From positions 17,918,001 to 17,982,000 of the forward strand of contig JBHGNT010000014.1 of assembly GCA_043228905.1 (NCBI GenBank): a stretch of 64,000 nt of DNA. The letters are read 5' to 3'. Positions 24,701-36,452 of the stretch are shown piece by piece; positions within the stretch are counted from its first letter, which is position 1; each line of letters begins with the position of its first letter. The stretch comes from Azolla caroliniana. Taxonomy: Eukaryota > Plantae > Polypodiophyta. The translations under genes were made by a program, and so were the position numbers. The notes below the pieces were generated by a model. That model saw nothing but the letters and a program-made list of their open reading frames with translations. It was not told where the DNA came from and ran no database searches.

Positions 24701-27026
24701 CTGAGGAAGATGAAACTGATACCGGAACCGGCCCCGATCCCGGAATGGATTCGGATGAAGAGGAAACGGAGGAGCCGGTTACCGAAGCTCCGGAATGGAG
24801 ATATCCTCTAAGAGAGAGAAGGGCCCCCCGGATATTTCCGGAACCAGAGCACGTGCTGCTAACCGACGAGGGGGAGCCGGAGAGTTTTGAAGAAGCAAAG
24901 CTTGACACCCATAGCCGCAGGTGGTTAAGTGCCATGCAGGAGGAGATGGATTCCCTGCATGAGAACCACACATATGAACTTGTGGAGTTGCCGAAAGGAA
25001 AGCGGGCACTTCGAAACAAGTGGGTGTTCAAGCTGAAACCGGGAGATGCCGGAAACCCCCCGAGATACAAAGCCAGGATCGTGGTGAAGGGGTTCCAGCA
25101 GAAGAAGGGTGTCGACTTCGACGAGATATTTGCCCCGGTAGTGAAGATGACCTCCATCCGGACGGTGCTGAGCATAGTGGCAAGCATGGACCTCGAGGTA
25201 GAACAGATGGACGTGAAGACGACATTCCTTCACGGTGACCTCGAAGAAGAGATCTACATGCAGCAACTGGAAGGATTCGAGAAGAAAGGGAAGGAGCACC
25301 TGGTATGCCGGTTGAAGAAGAGCCTTTACGGACTGAAGCAGGCTCCCCGGCAATGGTACCGGAAGTTCGACTCTTTCATGACCGACGAAGGGTACCACAA
25401 AACGCAGTCCGATCACTGCGTGTTTGTGAAGAAGTTCGAAGGAGGAGACTTTCTAATACTCCTCCTGTACGTGGACGACATGTTGATCGTCGGACGGGAC
25501 CAGGTCAAGATACGGATGCTGAAGAAAGCGCTTCACCGAACCTTCTCAATGAAGGACCTGGGTCCGGCGAGGCAAATACTAGGGATGCACATCATCCGGG
25601 ACCGGAAGAAGAAGCGGTTGTGGCTGTCACAGGAGAAGTACGTGACAAAGGTGCTTCACCGGTTCAACATGTCGGAAGCAAGACCGGTCGGGTCAACCCT
25701 CCCGGCAAACTGCAAGTTGTCCAGCAAGCAAAGCCCCAAGACAAAGGCTGAGAAGGAGGACATGATGAAAGTACCATATGCCTCTGCCGTCGGAAGCTTG
25801 ATGTACGCAATGGTGTGTACAAGACCGGACATAGGATATGCAGTCGGAGTGGTGAGCCGGTACATGAGCAATCCCGGCAAAGAACACTGGAACGCGGCCA
25901 AGTGGATACTCCGATACCTGAAGGGCACGGCAAACGTGTGCCTCCGATTCGGCTCCGGTAAGCCCGAACTCGACGGCTTTACCGATTCGGATATGTCGGC
26001 TGATGCAGATACCAGCCGGTCCACATCAGGGTATGTGATGACGTATGCAGGGGGAGCTGTTTCGTGGCAGTCGAGGCTGCAGAAGACGGTTGCACTGTCA
26101 ACCATGGAGGCGGAGTACATGGCGGCTGTTGAAGCCGGCAAGGAAATGATATGGATGAAGGACTTCATTAGAGAGCTCGGTATCCGGCAGGAGGAGTACC
26201 GACTCTACTGCGACAGTCAGAGTGCCATCCACCTTGCGAAGAACGCGGCCTATCACTCCCGGACGAAGCACATCCAGCGAAGATATCACTGGATCCGGGA
26301 AAGGATAGAAGACCATGAGTTCGTGCTGACGAAGATCCACACTGACGAGAACGGGTCAGATATGCTGACCAAAGTGCTCACACCCGACAAGCTGGAAGCG
26401 TGCCGGAAGAGGGTCGGACTGGAAAGACATCCCATGCCAAAGTGAAGGGGGAGTTTGTTGGGATTACGGTCCCTCCGGATGGGATGGTCGGATGTCCGGG
26501 AATCGGGAATGAAGACCCGGTTCCGGATCTGGATGATGAATGTACCCGGAGAGAGATCCGGATGCGGGGACATATTTGTGAATGTGTTTGCCAAGGCCCC
26601 TTGAGGCTATATTTGTAAATAGCCCGAAAGTCATATGTGTATAAATATGACTTAGGGCAAACAGTTTTGTAGTTGTTGCTCATTTTTCTGTTTTCCACTT
26701 AGAGGGAGCGAAGTGAGAGCAGCCGAGAGAGAGAGTGAGAGAGAGAGAGAGAGAAAGGAAGAGGTCGACGCCTCTATGTAATACCGCCGCCTGTGGCGAG
26801 GACAGCGAGCTCAAGGTCATCGCCTTGCAGCTCGCCATTGTACATTCCCTGTGTATAGTGATAGTTGGAGTCTTGCACTCCCGTGGTTTTTCCCGTCTAG
26901 GGTTTTCCACGCTAAACCCTGTGCATTCGAGTCTCCCTCTGTGTTTTCGATTTACTGCTGCATTGATTCGTGTTTCCTCGGTTGTGGCCGAGAGGTGAAG
27001 GTTTTGGAAAGCGTCAATTTCTAACA
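21743..27026 (+). mobile_element. Copia-1: full-length Ty1/Copia LTR retrotransposon (Tnt1/Tork-like)
   Basis: TG..CA LTRs at 21743-22340 and 26456-27026; 5-bp TSD TGAAG (21738-21742 and 27027-27031); PBS TGGTATCAGAGC (tRNA-iMet) 22344-22355; PPT GAAGGGGGAG 26444-26453. Confidence 0.98.
22372..26445 (+). CDS. Copia gag-pol polyprotein (GAG-PR-INT-RT-RNase H), uninterrupted ORF
   Basis: Zinc knuckle [14 protein letters not shown], protease VDSGAS, integrase HKRLCH..CTDC / HTDV / RADNGGEY / [16 protein letters not shown], RNase H FTDSD..EAEY..CDSQSA..TKHI. Domain order is Copia-type. Confidence 0.97.
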   Translation: MEGGSSGEPGMMVLNAQNYADWKIKMEDLLIVRDLYEPIDRSEIPKGVLETEWRLLNRKAVATIRQYVDVSVLQHVANDTNAYEMWQKLSGLYERKNALNRTSLMRKIVNLKYRDGESMMEHVSTFMGFVNQLAAIKFPLEDAMQAIMLMCTLPESWENLVVTLSTSCTEDNLSLQTVKTSILNEEARRRDKEPASDPKMLLTESDRGRQRNRSPQRREKSGTRSQSRGRPTCFHCGKPGHFRKNCRHYRKDNGADDTDSKKSSERNGAYRGATDRNGLDRRGQDRKGTTALAASEEEIMLITEEGELNIAGDETTWVVDSGASFHLTPERRYFSSYTAGEHGCVRMGNEGTCRIAGIGDVWLTTSTGCKMLLKDIRHVPEVRLNLISAGRLDDEGYTGSIRNCVMKFSKGSLIVARARKVNTLYLMNAWLCPEELNVAADTAGELWHKRLCHMSEKGMKRLAEDNLIPVKHVHLEKCTDCLAGKQNRTSFHSRPPTRRSAPLELVHTDVCQVETKSHGGAQYFVTIIDDHSQKLWTAPLKTKDQVLCVFKELHARVERESGKKLKAIRADNGGEYRGQFEEYCRSKGIRLEFTVPKTPKLNGLAERMNRTIMERVRSMLAHAKLPKGFWAEAMSTATYVINRSPSVPLDGDTPQRVWTGREVSYRHLKVFGCLAYVHVAKDRRGKLDPKTRPCIFLGYGDDVFGYRVWDPVDKKIFRSRDIIFMEDKTLADWESEKKMKSSKSTGEDQLYEEQSRPARDRLALEDPAEDGEETEPAEEDETDTGTGPDPGMDSDEEETEEPVTEAPEWRYPLRERRAPRIFPEPEHVLLTDEGEPESFEEAKLDTHSRRWLSAMQEEMDSLHENHTYELVELPKGKRALRNKWVFKLKPGDAGNPPRYKARIVVKGFQQKKGVDFDEIFAPVVKMTSIRTVLSIVASMDLEVEQMDVKTTFLHGDLEEEIYMQQLEGFEKKGKEHLVCRLKKSLYGLKQAPRQWYRKFDSFMTDEGYHKTQSDHCVFVKKFEGGDFLILLLYVDDMLIVGRDQVKIRMLKKALHRTFSMKDLGPARQILGMHIIRDRKKKRLWLSQEKYVTKVLHRFNMSEARPVGSTLPANCKLSSKQSPKTKAEKEDMMKVPYASAVGSLMYAMVCTRPDIGYAVGVVSRYMSNPGKEHWNAAKWILRYLKGTANVCLRFGSGKPELDGFTDSDMSADADTSRSTSGYVMTYAGGAVSWQSRLQKTVALSTMEAEYMAAVEAGKEMIWMKDFIRELGIRQEEYRLYCDSQSAIHLAKNAAYHSRTKHIQRRYHWIRERIEDHEFVLTKIHTDENGSDMLTKVLTPDKLEACRKRVGLERHPMPK

Positions 27027-27031
27027 TGAAG

Positions 27032-27620
27032 TTAGGCAAAATGTTTGCAAGGATGTGATCTTTTCCTTTGCAAAGGATGCCCTTAAAGTCGAATTCAATG
27101 ACGATCATGATTTGTCAAGATGTTCTCCCAGTGTATTAGAGTGCTTAGTAATCCATAAATAGAAAAAGAAATGGCATGCTCACAAAGTTGCATAATACCA
27201 GGTTTAGTTGTCAATTGGTAAAAGGTTGTGAGAAAATCAATATTGTTGTCCACTTGTTCAATTAGGACAACGCTCGCTGTGAAGCGAGACACATTTGTAT
27301 GGATTTGGAATTCCTTGCTTTCAGTCTTTGTGACTTTAGGATGGGTGCCCTATACAAACAACCCTTTGATGATCCAAAGGCTTTTGTCTAATCTTCTCTT
27401 GTTTTGAACAATTTCATCATCCCATAAAATGGTCTTGCTTTTTCTGTGAACCATTGATAATAGTGACCATATCCCAACATCATTCTTGTTATTTCTCATT
27501 AGTTGGGATTGTCAATGGTAATCTTGAGTATCAGTTTAAGTTGGCTTTTAGTATTAGTGTTGCCATCCTTGGATACTTACACATGTCCCATTTTAAGGAT
27601 GTGCTTAACCCAAATTTGAC
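27032..27620 (-). mobile_element. Degenerate Ty3/Gypsy pol relic (RT C-terminus/RNase H), right portion; target of Copia-1
   Basis: Minus-strand remnants VSKDG, P.PTN.K, APIL..KEFQIHTNVSRFTASVVL and EFDFKGILCKGKDHILAN match the Gypsy RT-RNase H consensus (KEF.L.TDAS; EFDF.I...GK.H..AD). Confidence 0.65.
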
Positions 27621-27860
27621 ACTTGGGGGGGGGGGGGGGGGGGGTTCAAGGACAATTGATATTCATGACTTTTCTTTAAAATATTCCTTATGTGGATGAT
27701 GTGTTCACTCAACTTAGAGCTAAAGCGTCACTCCTCTAGAGATGACTACGTGTCTTTCTTGAGGTTTGAGGAGAAAATGTTGACTATGCTCGCCTACATG
27801 ACAATATTTTTGTAGTTGTTGATGTTGATGGTGTTGCTCATTCACACACACACACACACA

Positions 27861-27909
<49 letters not shown>

Positions 27910-29109
27910 CTTCCCTCCCTCCGTCTCTCTTATTATCATTATTACTCAATTTCTTTATTAATTCCTTGTATTCATTATGCTATTAAGCCTCCTAAACTAT
28001 CTCAAAGATATTTTTGTCCATAGATGATCATAAAGAAGTTGTCTATAGGTTACATTTACCAAACATGAAGATGTATCCATCCACTATTCCATAATAGGAG
28101 ACTAAGGAAGTGTCTATTAGATAAAGAAAATGTCATAAATGATATGGTGGAAATGAAAAATCCTTTAGTAGTTGATTCAAGGTCGAGGGTAATCCTTGAT
28201 GTCCACCAACAAAAACTGAGGAATGGTGCTTCAAAAGAAGGTTGTTTATCTAATGCTACATGGGAATCTAACTTTTGGTCAATGTTAGTAGACGAAAGAA
28301 GTGACTCTCAAGAATCTAACTTTTGTTCAATGTTACTAGATGAAGAGGACATAATAAATTGTGTTGCGGAATTGTTGATTTCTTTAGTACTGGACTCAAT
28401 GTTGGGCCATATCCAGCGAGTTCTTTACCCAATGCTACTTGTAAAATTTGTCCAACTTTTGTGTCTTGGAAAAGTTGTTCTTTATTTGGAGTTCCTTGGG
28501 AATCTGAGAGCAAGTTGTGAAAGGCATTTCCAAATTTAATTATCAACATGACTAAAAGTGTCATGGGGGGCATCCTAAGATGTAGCATAGACAATATTAC
28601 ATGTGACTATTGATTGAATGTGGACAAGTTAAACTCATACACATATACAACCAATGTTATGTTGAGTTCTACATTTAGCTACTTTAATTCAGCAACTTAT
28701 CTTGAGAAGACCATAATCATAACCAAGCTACAACTCATATGTTTCTTTAAAAACGGGATGATTTCCATACATTGTTGTTGAAGTTGCTTTCTATTTCAAG
28801 CGGAAAGCTTGCAAATGTTTGTCCTTCAAAGATTTGTGACTCAACCATTCTTGACAAGTCTATTCATATATTGTTTAAATTGTATTGGAGTCAAAATATC
28901 TATGTAAGCATTCCAATCTAATACGAACTGCATTATTATGAATTAGAGTAGTCTAGTATGGGCCAATTGAATAGAGATTAACTTTACAAATGTTCATGGA
29001 AGGGTTCCTTATGTATCAATTAAAGACCCGTAGGGTCTTTTCCTTTGTCCAATGGCTCAAATATATACCCAAAGAATACACTTTAAGTTGGAACTTGTGT
29101 TTATGATTC

Positions 29110-32100
29110 TTACAATGCAAAGCTCGTATTATTATTCATGCTAGAGCCATTACCATGGATATCAAAACTTTTGTTAGGTACAAGATGAGAATCATCTGAG
29201 CTGATATCTGACGAATCCCCCCTTTGTTGAGCAATGGTTTGATTAACTTTCTCCTTCTTTTCATCAGATTTCGGCCCAGTACTTGGCTCATTTACATATG
29301 ACGCAAAAGATCTAACGAGGCCCACCCCTCTCGACGACCACGATTCAACCGTAGAAGAATCAGTATGAGAACCCTCACGACAAAACCGTAGTAGTAACGT
29401 AAGCATGTAGATTGTAAGGCTACCAAATGATGTTGCACCAGTTATCAAAAAGAGACCCCAAAAGCTATCTAAGTTTAGATGGTTCGATTCAACTTGGTTG
29501 GTTTCGGCATTGCATGGGCGACTATCTATCCATAGATCATGGATCCTCTGTAATTCTCCATTTTCAGCCATTCTGAGGATAGCTGTTGACATGTCGACAG
29601 CCAACACCGACTCCTTCGGGAAGGCCTGTTAAATTTTACAAAAGTTTATGCTCAAAGAAACAAATGAAAAACAATTCTTAATCATAAACATGTTGCAAAG
29701 GTAGGGTAGGGCAAGAATTATTTCTGGGATTTAGAAACCTCCTCTAATCTCTACACTCTAAATTCTATATTGCAACCCCTAAATATGTAGCTCCCAAATG
29801 TTCAGTCAGGTCTTGCTTGAGAATATCATAACCATAGCGACAAGAAAACATATGATATTTAAAAAGTTTAGAAACATGTGAAGTGTGTAAACAATAGTAG
29901 AATTTCAAGTTTTTCCCAAAAACAATAATTGTGTCCACATTTGCATATTTTGTTTTAGGTTTTTTCCACCGTAGGGTTCTAAATTCTTAGGCTGATAAAA
30001 GAAACAACAGTTGGGCCACATGGGGATGATACCTAGTCTCAATCGTTCTCCATGTGCATCCTTCTATGTTGCCAAGACTCAAGTGTAATAAAAACACATG
30101 AATCAAGTTGTTGGGCGAAGTGTCTCTAAGACACCTCCAAGTTTGCAAAATACCAAAATACCCTTAGGTTTGCAAAATTTATTTGCTCGAATACCCCCCA
30201 ATAGCACAAAAAATTTACTATGAGCAAAGGGATGTATTCTGGTAAAACATTTTAAAAACTTTGATCTATTCTAGTAATACGGAAAACATTTCGCAGTATT
30301 TTTCGGTAACATTTACTAATACAGAAACAGTAAAAAGAAAAGGTTACTTACAAAACCCCATCCACCTTGACTGAACTCTTGGCCAGCTATGGTGAATCCA
30401 CAATGGGCGTCCAGAAAGATTTGTACATAGGGAAGTTCATCAACCACAGCGGCAACACCTCCTCTATCGGGACCCAACTTCAGTGCATTTGCATAATCAG
30501 TCATCGTCACCAAAGGTTTCAGCCTTTCCTTCTGTATATTGATGCTAATCAGATAATCCAGTACAAATGATCCCCTTTGATAACCCACAGGAACGTTGCT
30601 CATTTGTAAGCTACTAATGCCTTGAATCGTTGGACTCAGTTGTTCCACGGTGAGGATCGACGTTAAGTTTGCAGTGTAACTTGACGTGATGACAAGCACG
30701 ACAAAAAGCCATACAAGCAGGACACATCTTCCCAATGTACTCTTTGTTTTCTCATCTATCATAAAAAAGCATACTCCTAGTTTAGAAAAAAAAAAAATGT
30801 TGAAATCATCGGAGAACCAAAATGTTATGTAAGAACCCACTTTGTTGAAGGGTTTTGAAAGTGGGCACTTACTTTGGGAGAAGAACAGTGTCGAGAAAGT
30901 AAACCTGCACTTGAAAAGTCGGAAATTAGGTCCACCATTGCAGTTCCTTAACAAGTTGCAGAAAAAATATGTGCATTCACAAAACATATTTTATTATTTC
31001 TCGGGCCTTCATATAGATATAGATATAGATATCCGATACACACATTACCAACTCAATGGCAACCACCATTTATGACCGACTGACCACCACCAATCGGCAA
31101 AAACAACAAAATTTACTTTCTGATACGGTGGGAGAGTGTGTGTGTGTGTGTGTGCATGTGTTGTAGACAGCATAGACCTATTGTCAGAAATTTACTCACC
31201 ATAGGACGGTTACGGCTTGTTTTTTCGGATGGCCTTGGAAATCTTGATTCTTCTTGTGTTCGAGCATCCAGATAACCATCCCAGTCAAAATAAAGAATGC
31301 AAGAATTGTCAACCACATGCTTGTTGTGAAAGGCCTAAGAAATGCCCATGCATTGGTGGAATGCGATTCTCTCTCCAGTACAACTACTACAAGTCCAGAC
31401 TCTATGTAGGGTTGTGAGAAGTCTACCATAGCCATGCGTTTTGTTGTGATCGTAACATCACCCACTACTGCATCATACACCTGAAAAATGTTGCAAAGAA
31501 GGATTTGATTTGTTTTGAAAAAATGCATTGCCAGTGCCTAAATCCAAGGAAATGGACCAAATTCACATATTATTAGAGTGCTATATATATACATACACAC
31601 ACACACTTGAGGATCCAAGTGTAATGTATACTGATGATATGTATGCATGCATATATCATGTCATATATGATTAAAGCTAGAAGGTCCATCACATTGACAT
31701 AATAAAACGTTTTCTCATTGCTGTGTTAGGGGTATAGTTTTACTTTTTCTCCTAATTCAAAGAAAAATTGATAAATGCATAGTTTTATCAAAATGAATTT
31801 AAAAACAAATTATCTGCTACCTACATTACCTTCTCTGCTAGAGCCTCAACCATATCATCATAAACTAGTGCTGTCTTGTCCCCATATAAAACAAATTCAT
31901 ATGGAACAAAGTAAGGGAGGTATTTGAGAGCATTCTGGAAAACATCAATACAAAAACCACTGAAACCACTTGAGTTTCCATTCTGACGCAAAATATGTTT
32001 GAATCCTGCTTTCTTTGGAACTGCTATTTGTAGCTGCCTTCCATTCTTGGGAAGAACCCATCCCCGAGGTTTTTCAGTGATGCTACCAGGCCATACAATC

Positions 32101-34680
32101 TGCATTGAAGAATTACGAAATTTTGTTGGGGATAAGAGCATATTGACATCTTCGCTACTATTTGTTCCTGGGGGAGAGAGAGATAGTTGTGTTTCATTTG
32201 TCCAATACCCTACCACGTTCAAGTTCTTTCCAACAATGTTTACGATTTCAAATGCCGATCGGATAAGGTCACCCTTTGAGCTTAATCGAACATCTCCAGA
32301 AGTGCCTACAAAATCTGTTTGCAATATATAGTCTCGGAGTAATGATCCGTCCTTAAGAACATTTAGCTGAGCTAGATCTGACCCATCTCCAATACCTTCT
32401 TGTGAAATCACTGGATCATTGAACGTGAAGTTCCTGCCTTCCTTAAGATAGTTCTTGAGTGCATAGGCAATAACCCACACTGAATCATATGCATAGAGAC
32501 CATAAATATGTGGATTAAGGGTAGATTGCAACGCCTCATTTTTCCACTTGGTAAGGAAAGCTTGAAACTGGTGCGAATGTGATGCATAATACGCACGTGT
32601 TCCTATAACACCTTGCAATGCTCCAAAGTTAAGATCTTCAAGGTTTGAAGAGTTCAGTGTTCCGATAGTCGAATCTGAGACAATCCAAACATAACCAGCA
32701 CTCATCATACCCAAGTATTTCGCCTCTGAGAAGAGTGAAAATGCAAGATATTGTGGCATATGAACAACAAAGATTCTTGTTTGGGTGGATGCGAGGTTGG
32801 ATAAGATGGTCCCAATCATCGTATTGTTGCTGGAAGGCAAAAGGGCAGCTTTTTGAATGATGTGGGACCCAAAATTCTCCAAAGCATCACCTAATGAAGT
32901 GATGGCATTTGTTCCGAAATCATCATCAGTATATATAGCAATAACTTGTCGCCATCCATAGTACGCAATGAAAGATGCGATGGCCTCCATTTGTAGTGCA
33001 TCACTATGTGCAATGCGGAAAAAATAGGGATATTGGAACTCTGATAGAGCGGGATCCGTTGCAGCAAATGTGACAATAGGAACTTTTGTTGCACTACCCA
33101 TAAATGCCACAAAGTGAGAGACTGATGAAGATTGTGGTCCTATTATGGCCACTACCTTCTGTTTAAGGAGTTCCAGCGCTGCCAACAAAAACAATATTCA
33201 AAAAGGAGATGACAAAACAAATTTAAGAATCATATACGAAATAACTCCAATCCCCAAATTTCATGTATACCACAAACACCCAACAATGGATTCATCACAT
33301 AGCACCCTCAGAGTTTACATCCTTTTATATAGCAACCCATAAAATGACCATCTGATTCAGAAACCTCAAAAATTTATCGATGATCAATGATGCAGCTTTA
33401 CCCATATAAACGTAGCATCAGAATCCATTGTTTTAGAATGATAAGCAATGATGAACACTTTTATAATCAGCCTTACTCATGTAAAAACCTAATCATTGTT
33501 TTCTAACAGCATATAGATGACTATTACTACAACTTAAATTCATGTGAGACCCTAAGGATTCATTGTTTTAATGACAACACATAGACTACCACTGATGCAA
33601 TCTTTTCATAAATAAATAAAAAAAGAAAACCTAGAAATTCATTGTTTTATAGCACCTCATAGATGAACATGCATGCAGCCCTATTATATAAAATCTTTTA
33701 TAATGAATGTATTCTATTGAGAATAACACATAGATGACTAATAATGCAGCCTTATCTAGCACCATCTAAAACTTAATTAAGGCTTTAAAAAAACATATAA
33801 AACCCTAAGAAGTCATAGAATACCCTATGAATTCATTCGTTTATAAAAACCAATATATGATTATTGATGTGTAATATCATCTAAGACCTCGTATAAACCG
33901 TCAGAATACATATGAGAGTAATAAACCCCTTTGAATTCATATAAAAACCCTCCAAAAGTTCTTATAAAACCGTTCACAACAAACCTTCAGATTTCATGAT
34001 TTGACAACAATGCATAGATCTCCATTGGTACAATCTTCTATATAAATCTCTGAGTTCATGTAAAACTTTCGGGGAAAAACCTTCAGAATTCAAGGTTTTA
34101 TAGAAAGACATGGATATCCATTATGCCAACCTTATCTATAACCCTCCTTATTCGTATAAAACTTTCCGGACAAAAACATTCAGAGATTATGGTTTCATAA
34201 CAACACATGGATGTCCTTTACAGCAAGCTTATCTATAACCCTCCCAATTCATATAAAACCCTCTGAATCATATATAAAACCTCCCCGAGTTCATATAAAA
34301 CCTTCAGAATGCATGTTTTGTTAACAACATATAGATGTTCATTACTGCAACCTTGTGTAAATCCTAAGAAAGTGGAGAGAAAAGAAACATGAAACCTTTA
34401 ATGGAAAAAATACTATACCTGAAGCAGCTCCTTGAAAGGCACTACAATTTGTGTCTAAAATATGAACCACAAGTTTTGAACCCTGGAGAAAACTCTGATT
34501 TCTATTGATATCATCGACCGCCATCTCTATGGCTTGTTTGGCAACGCTTCCAATCAATGTTCCATAAGAAACTAAAGCCCCTATATGGAGTTGTTTGGTG
34601 GTGGTATTCTCTGAGCTTACCATGGTTGAAAAGCTCATCAACATAATGGTGACATAGAAGTATAAAGATCTAGGTGCCAT
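29110..34680 (-). CDS. GLR: Glutamate receptor-like ion channel, ~947 aa; exons 34419-34680, 31830-33178, 31200-31480, 30873-30904, 30352-30755, 29110-29625
   Basis: Signal peptide, ATD (VAIIGPQSS), S1 (GFCIDVF; [21 protein letters not shown]), M1, 32-nt pore micro-exon W|[11 protein letters not shown]3 [14 protein letters not shown]2 (VVDELPY; GWGF|AFPK) and M4. All junctions are GT-AG; the 2844-nt total is in frame. Confidence 0.96.
33300..34340. repeat. Degenerate tandem repeats filling GLR intron 1
   Basis: Recurrent motifs ATAAAACCCT..GAATTCAT and AACA(C)ATAGATG..ATGCAGCCTTA at roughly 80-120 bp spacing; the unit could not be defined precisely. Confidence 0.55.
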
Positions 34681-35004
34681 TGTTTACCTGTTCTTAATCA
34701 TATTGCTGCCAGTCTTCTTCTTCTTCTTTACCTGGATGTGGAAGAAAAAACAACAGTTCTAGTAGAATGGTTAATTATGTGAATATGCATTTCCACATAC
34801 AATTATGAGAAATTTATATTCATATGTGTGTGTGGTGTATACAATTATATTCATACAGGAACAGAGTTTTGAGCGACTAGTGAGGAAATGGCGAGAATTT
34901 TAATTACTGTTGATAGTATTATTGATGAAAAATGAGGAATATAAAACATGTAAATCAATATACATACATACAATGACACATACCTATATGTATATATAGG
35001 GGAG

Positions 35005-35216
35005 GATTTTGTCTCTACATCATATGCTCTAGAGGAGATGAAATTATTGTGTTTCTCAATAATTAAACTTTCAAGTAAAAAAGGAGGTTAAAAAAAGTTG
35101 GTGTCTTAAAGATTTTGTCTCTACATCATATGCTCTACTGGAGATGAATTTATTGTGTTTCTCAATAATTGAACTTTTAAGGAAAAAAGGAGGTTAAAAA
35201 AAGTTGGTATCTTAAA
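35005..35216. repeat. 106-bp direct tandem duplication in the GLR upstream region
   Basis: GATTTTGTCTCTACATCATATGCTCTA...GTTGGT(G/A)TCTTAAA at 35005 and 35111 with few mismatches. Confidence 0.92.
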
Positions 35217-35294
35217 GATCAAAGTTTCTGGTTTTCGTATTTGTATAGAGAGATATAGATCAAGAAGTCACTTTTTTTTACCCCTTTTTTCTTT

Positions 35295-35607
35295 GGGAAA
35301 AGTACTAGGATACCCCTGGAAGTTTGTCTATTTACCAGAATGCCCCTAGAAGTTCCAAATTTACCAAACTACCCCAATGTCCAAAAAATTACACTTTATA
35401 AAGTAATTATACACTCAAATCTACAAGCTCTATTTACCAAAGATGGAAGAAATGGACCTGAACTAGCCCTATTTACGAAAGATTTGAGTGTATAATTACT
35501 GTATAAAGTGTAATTTTTTGGACGTAGGGGTAATTTGGTAAATTTGGAACTTCTAGGAGCATTCTGGTAAATAGAAGAACTTCCAGGGGTATCTTGGTAC
35601 TTTCCCC
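35295..35607. mobile_element. Mutator-like MITE (313 bp, long TIRs)
   Basis: ~125-bp inverted repeats GGGAAAAGTACTAGGATACCCCTGGAAGTT.. / ..AACTTCCAGGGGTATCTTGGTACTTTCCCC; 9-bp flanking direct repeat TTTTTCTTT (35286-35294 and 35608-35616), the TSD length typical of MULEs. Confidence 0.88.
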
Positions 35608-36334
35608 TTTTTCTTTTCCTCTGTTTATTTATTTATTTTAAACCTCATGTTTGTTGTTGCTTCTTCTCTTCTCTTACAAGGTAGTTGATGGGATACTTTT
35701 GTTGTAAATGACTTTGGTTAGAAAGACCAAAATTTTTGATCTACTTTGTTTGCTAACTAATGCGAAGTAGTGTTATTTGTTCGGGTAAAAACAAAAAAAC
35801 AAAAAAACTTTGCTTCTTCTCTCTTCTCTCTTCATCTTTCCTTCTTTTGTGGGTCAAAAGTCTTTAGTTTCTCCTTTTCTTGACACCGTAACCCTAATTT
35901 CTTCTTTTGTCACAATATTACCCATCACTCACTGAGAGAGACTACCTCCATCCTCCTGATAATCGATTGTTCCCATGCAACAAGCCAGACACCCGATGCT
36001 TCGTCGATCATAGTCCGGAGTGTGGTGCTTGAAATTCTATGGTGTGGTGCTTGAAATGGAACTCAACACTTATGTTGAGGTCAAGACATACAAGCCACGA
36101 GCATTGAGCAAAGTAGGATATGGACAAATAACCTCTATGACTAATCATGAATGTGGATGCTTACTCTCTTCCACTTGCCTCAAACACCGACATCAACGAG
36201 GTAATCAGACTACATCCAACATTACCTCCAGTCACATTATTTTTCAAGTTGATAACATAACCTTTTATGTGAATTTCATGTAGGTTAATCCATCTATCTT
36301 CTCAATGCCAGAATGGTTTTTCCACGCAATAAGG

Positions 36335-36363
36335 CTTCTCCCTCCCTCCCTCCCTCCCTCCCT

Positions 36364-36424
<61 letters not shown>

Positions 36425-36452
36425 CCCCCCCCCCCCCCTCTCCCTCTCTCTC
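36335..36452. repeat. (CCCT)n/(CT)n/poly-C microsatellite
   Basis: Directly visible; abuts the 5'-truncated end of the LINE. Confidence 0.9.

Noticed and set aside
22425-26340. Many antisense and alternate-frame ORFs within Copia (and Gypsy/LINE) bodies
   Set aside because: Shadow ORFs of GC-rich coding sequence; recurrence across copies reflects shared ancestry only.
28255-28345. 51-bp-spaced direct repeat in ORF 28144-28539 (and a 71-bp-spaced repeat at 20108-20245)
   Set aside because: Two-copy local duplications with no further structure or recognisable product.
30113-30317. Possible Mutator-like MITE in GLR intron 5
   Set aside because: Only loose inverted similarity; no convincing TIR pair or TSD.
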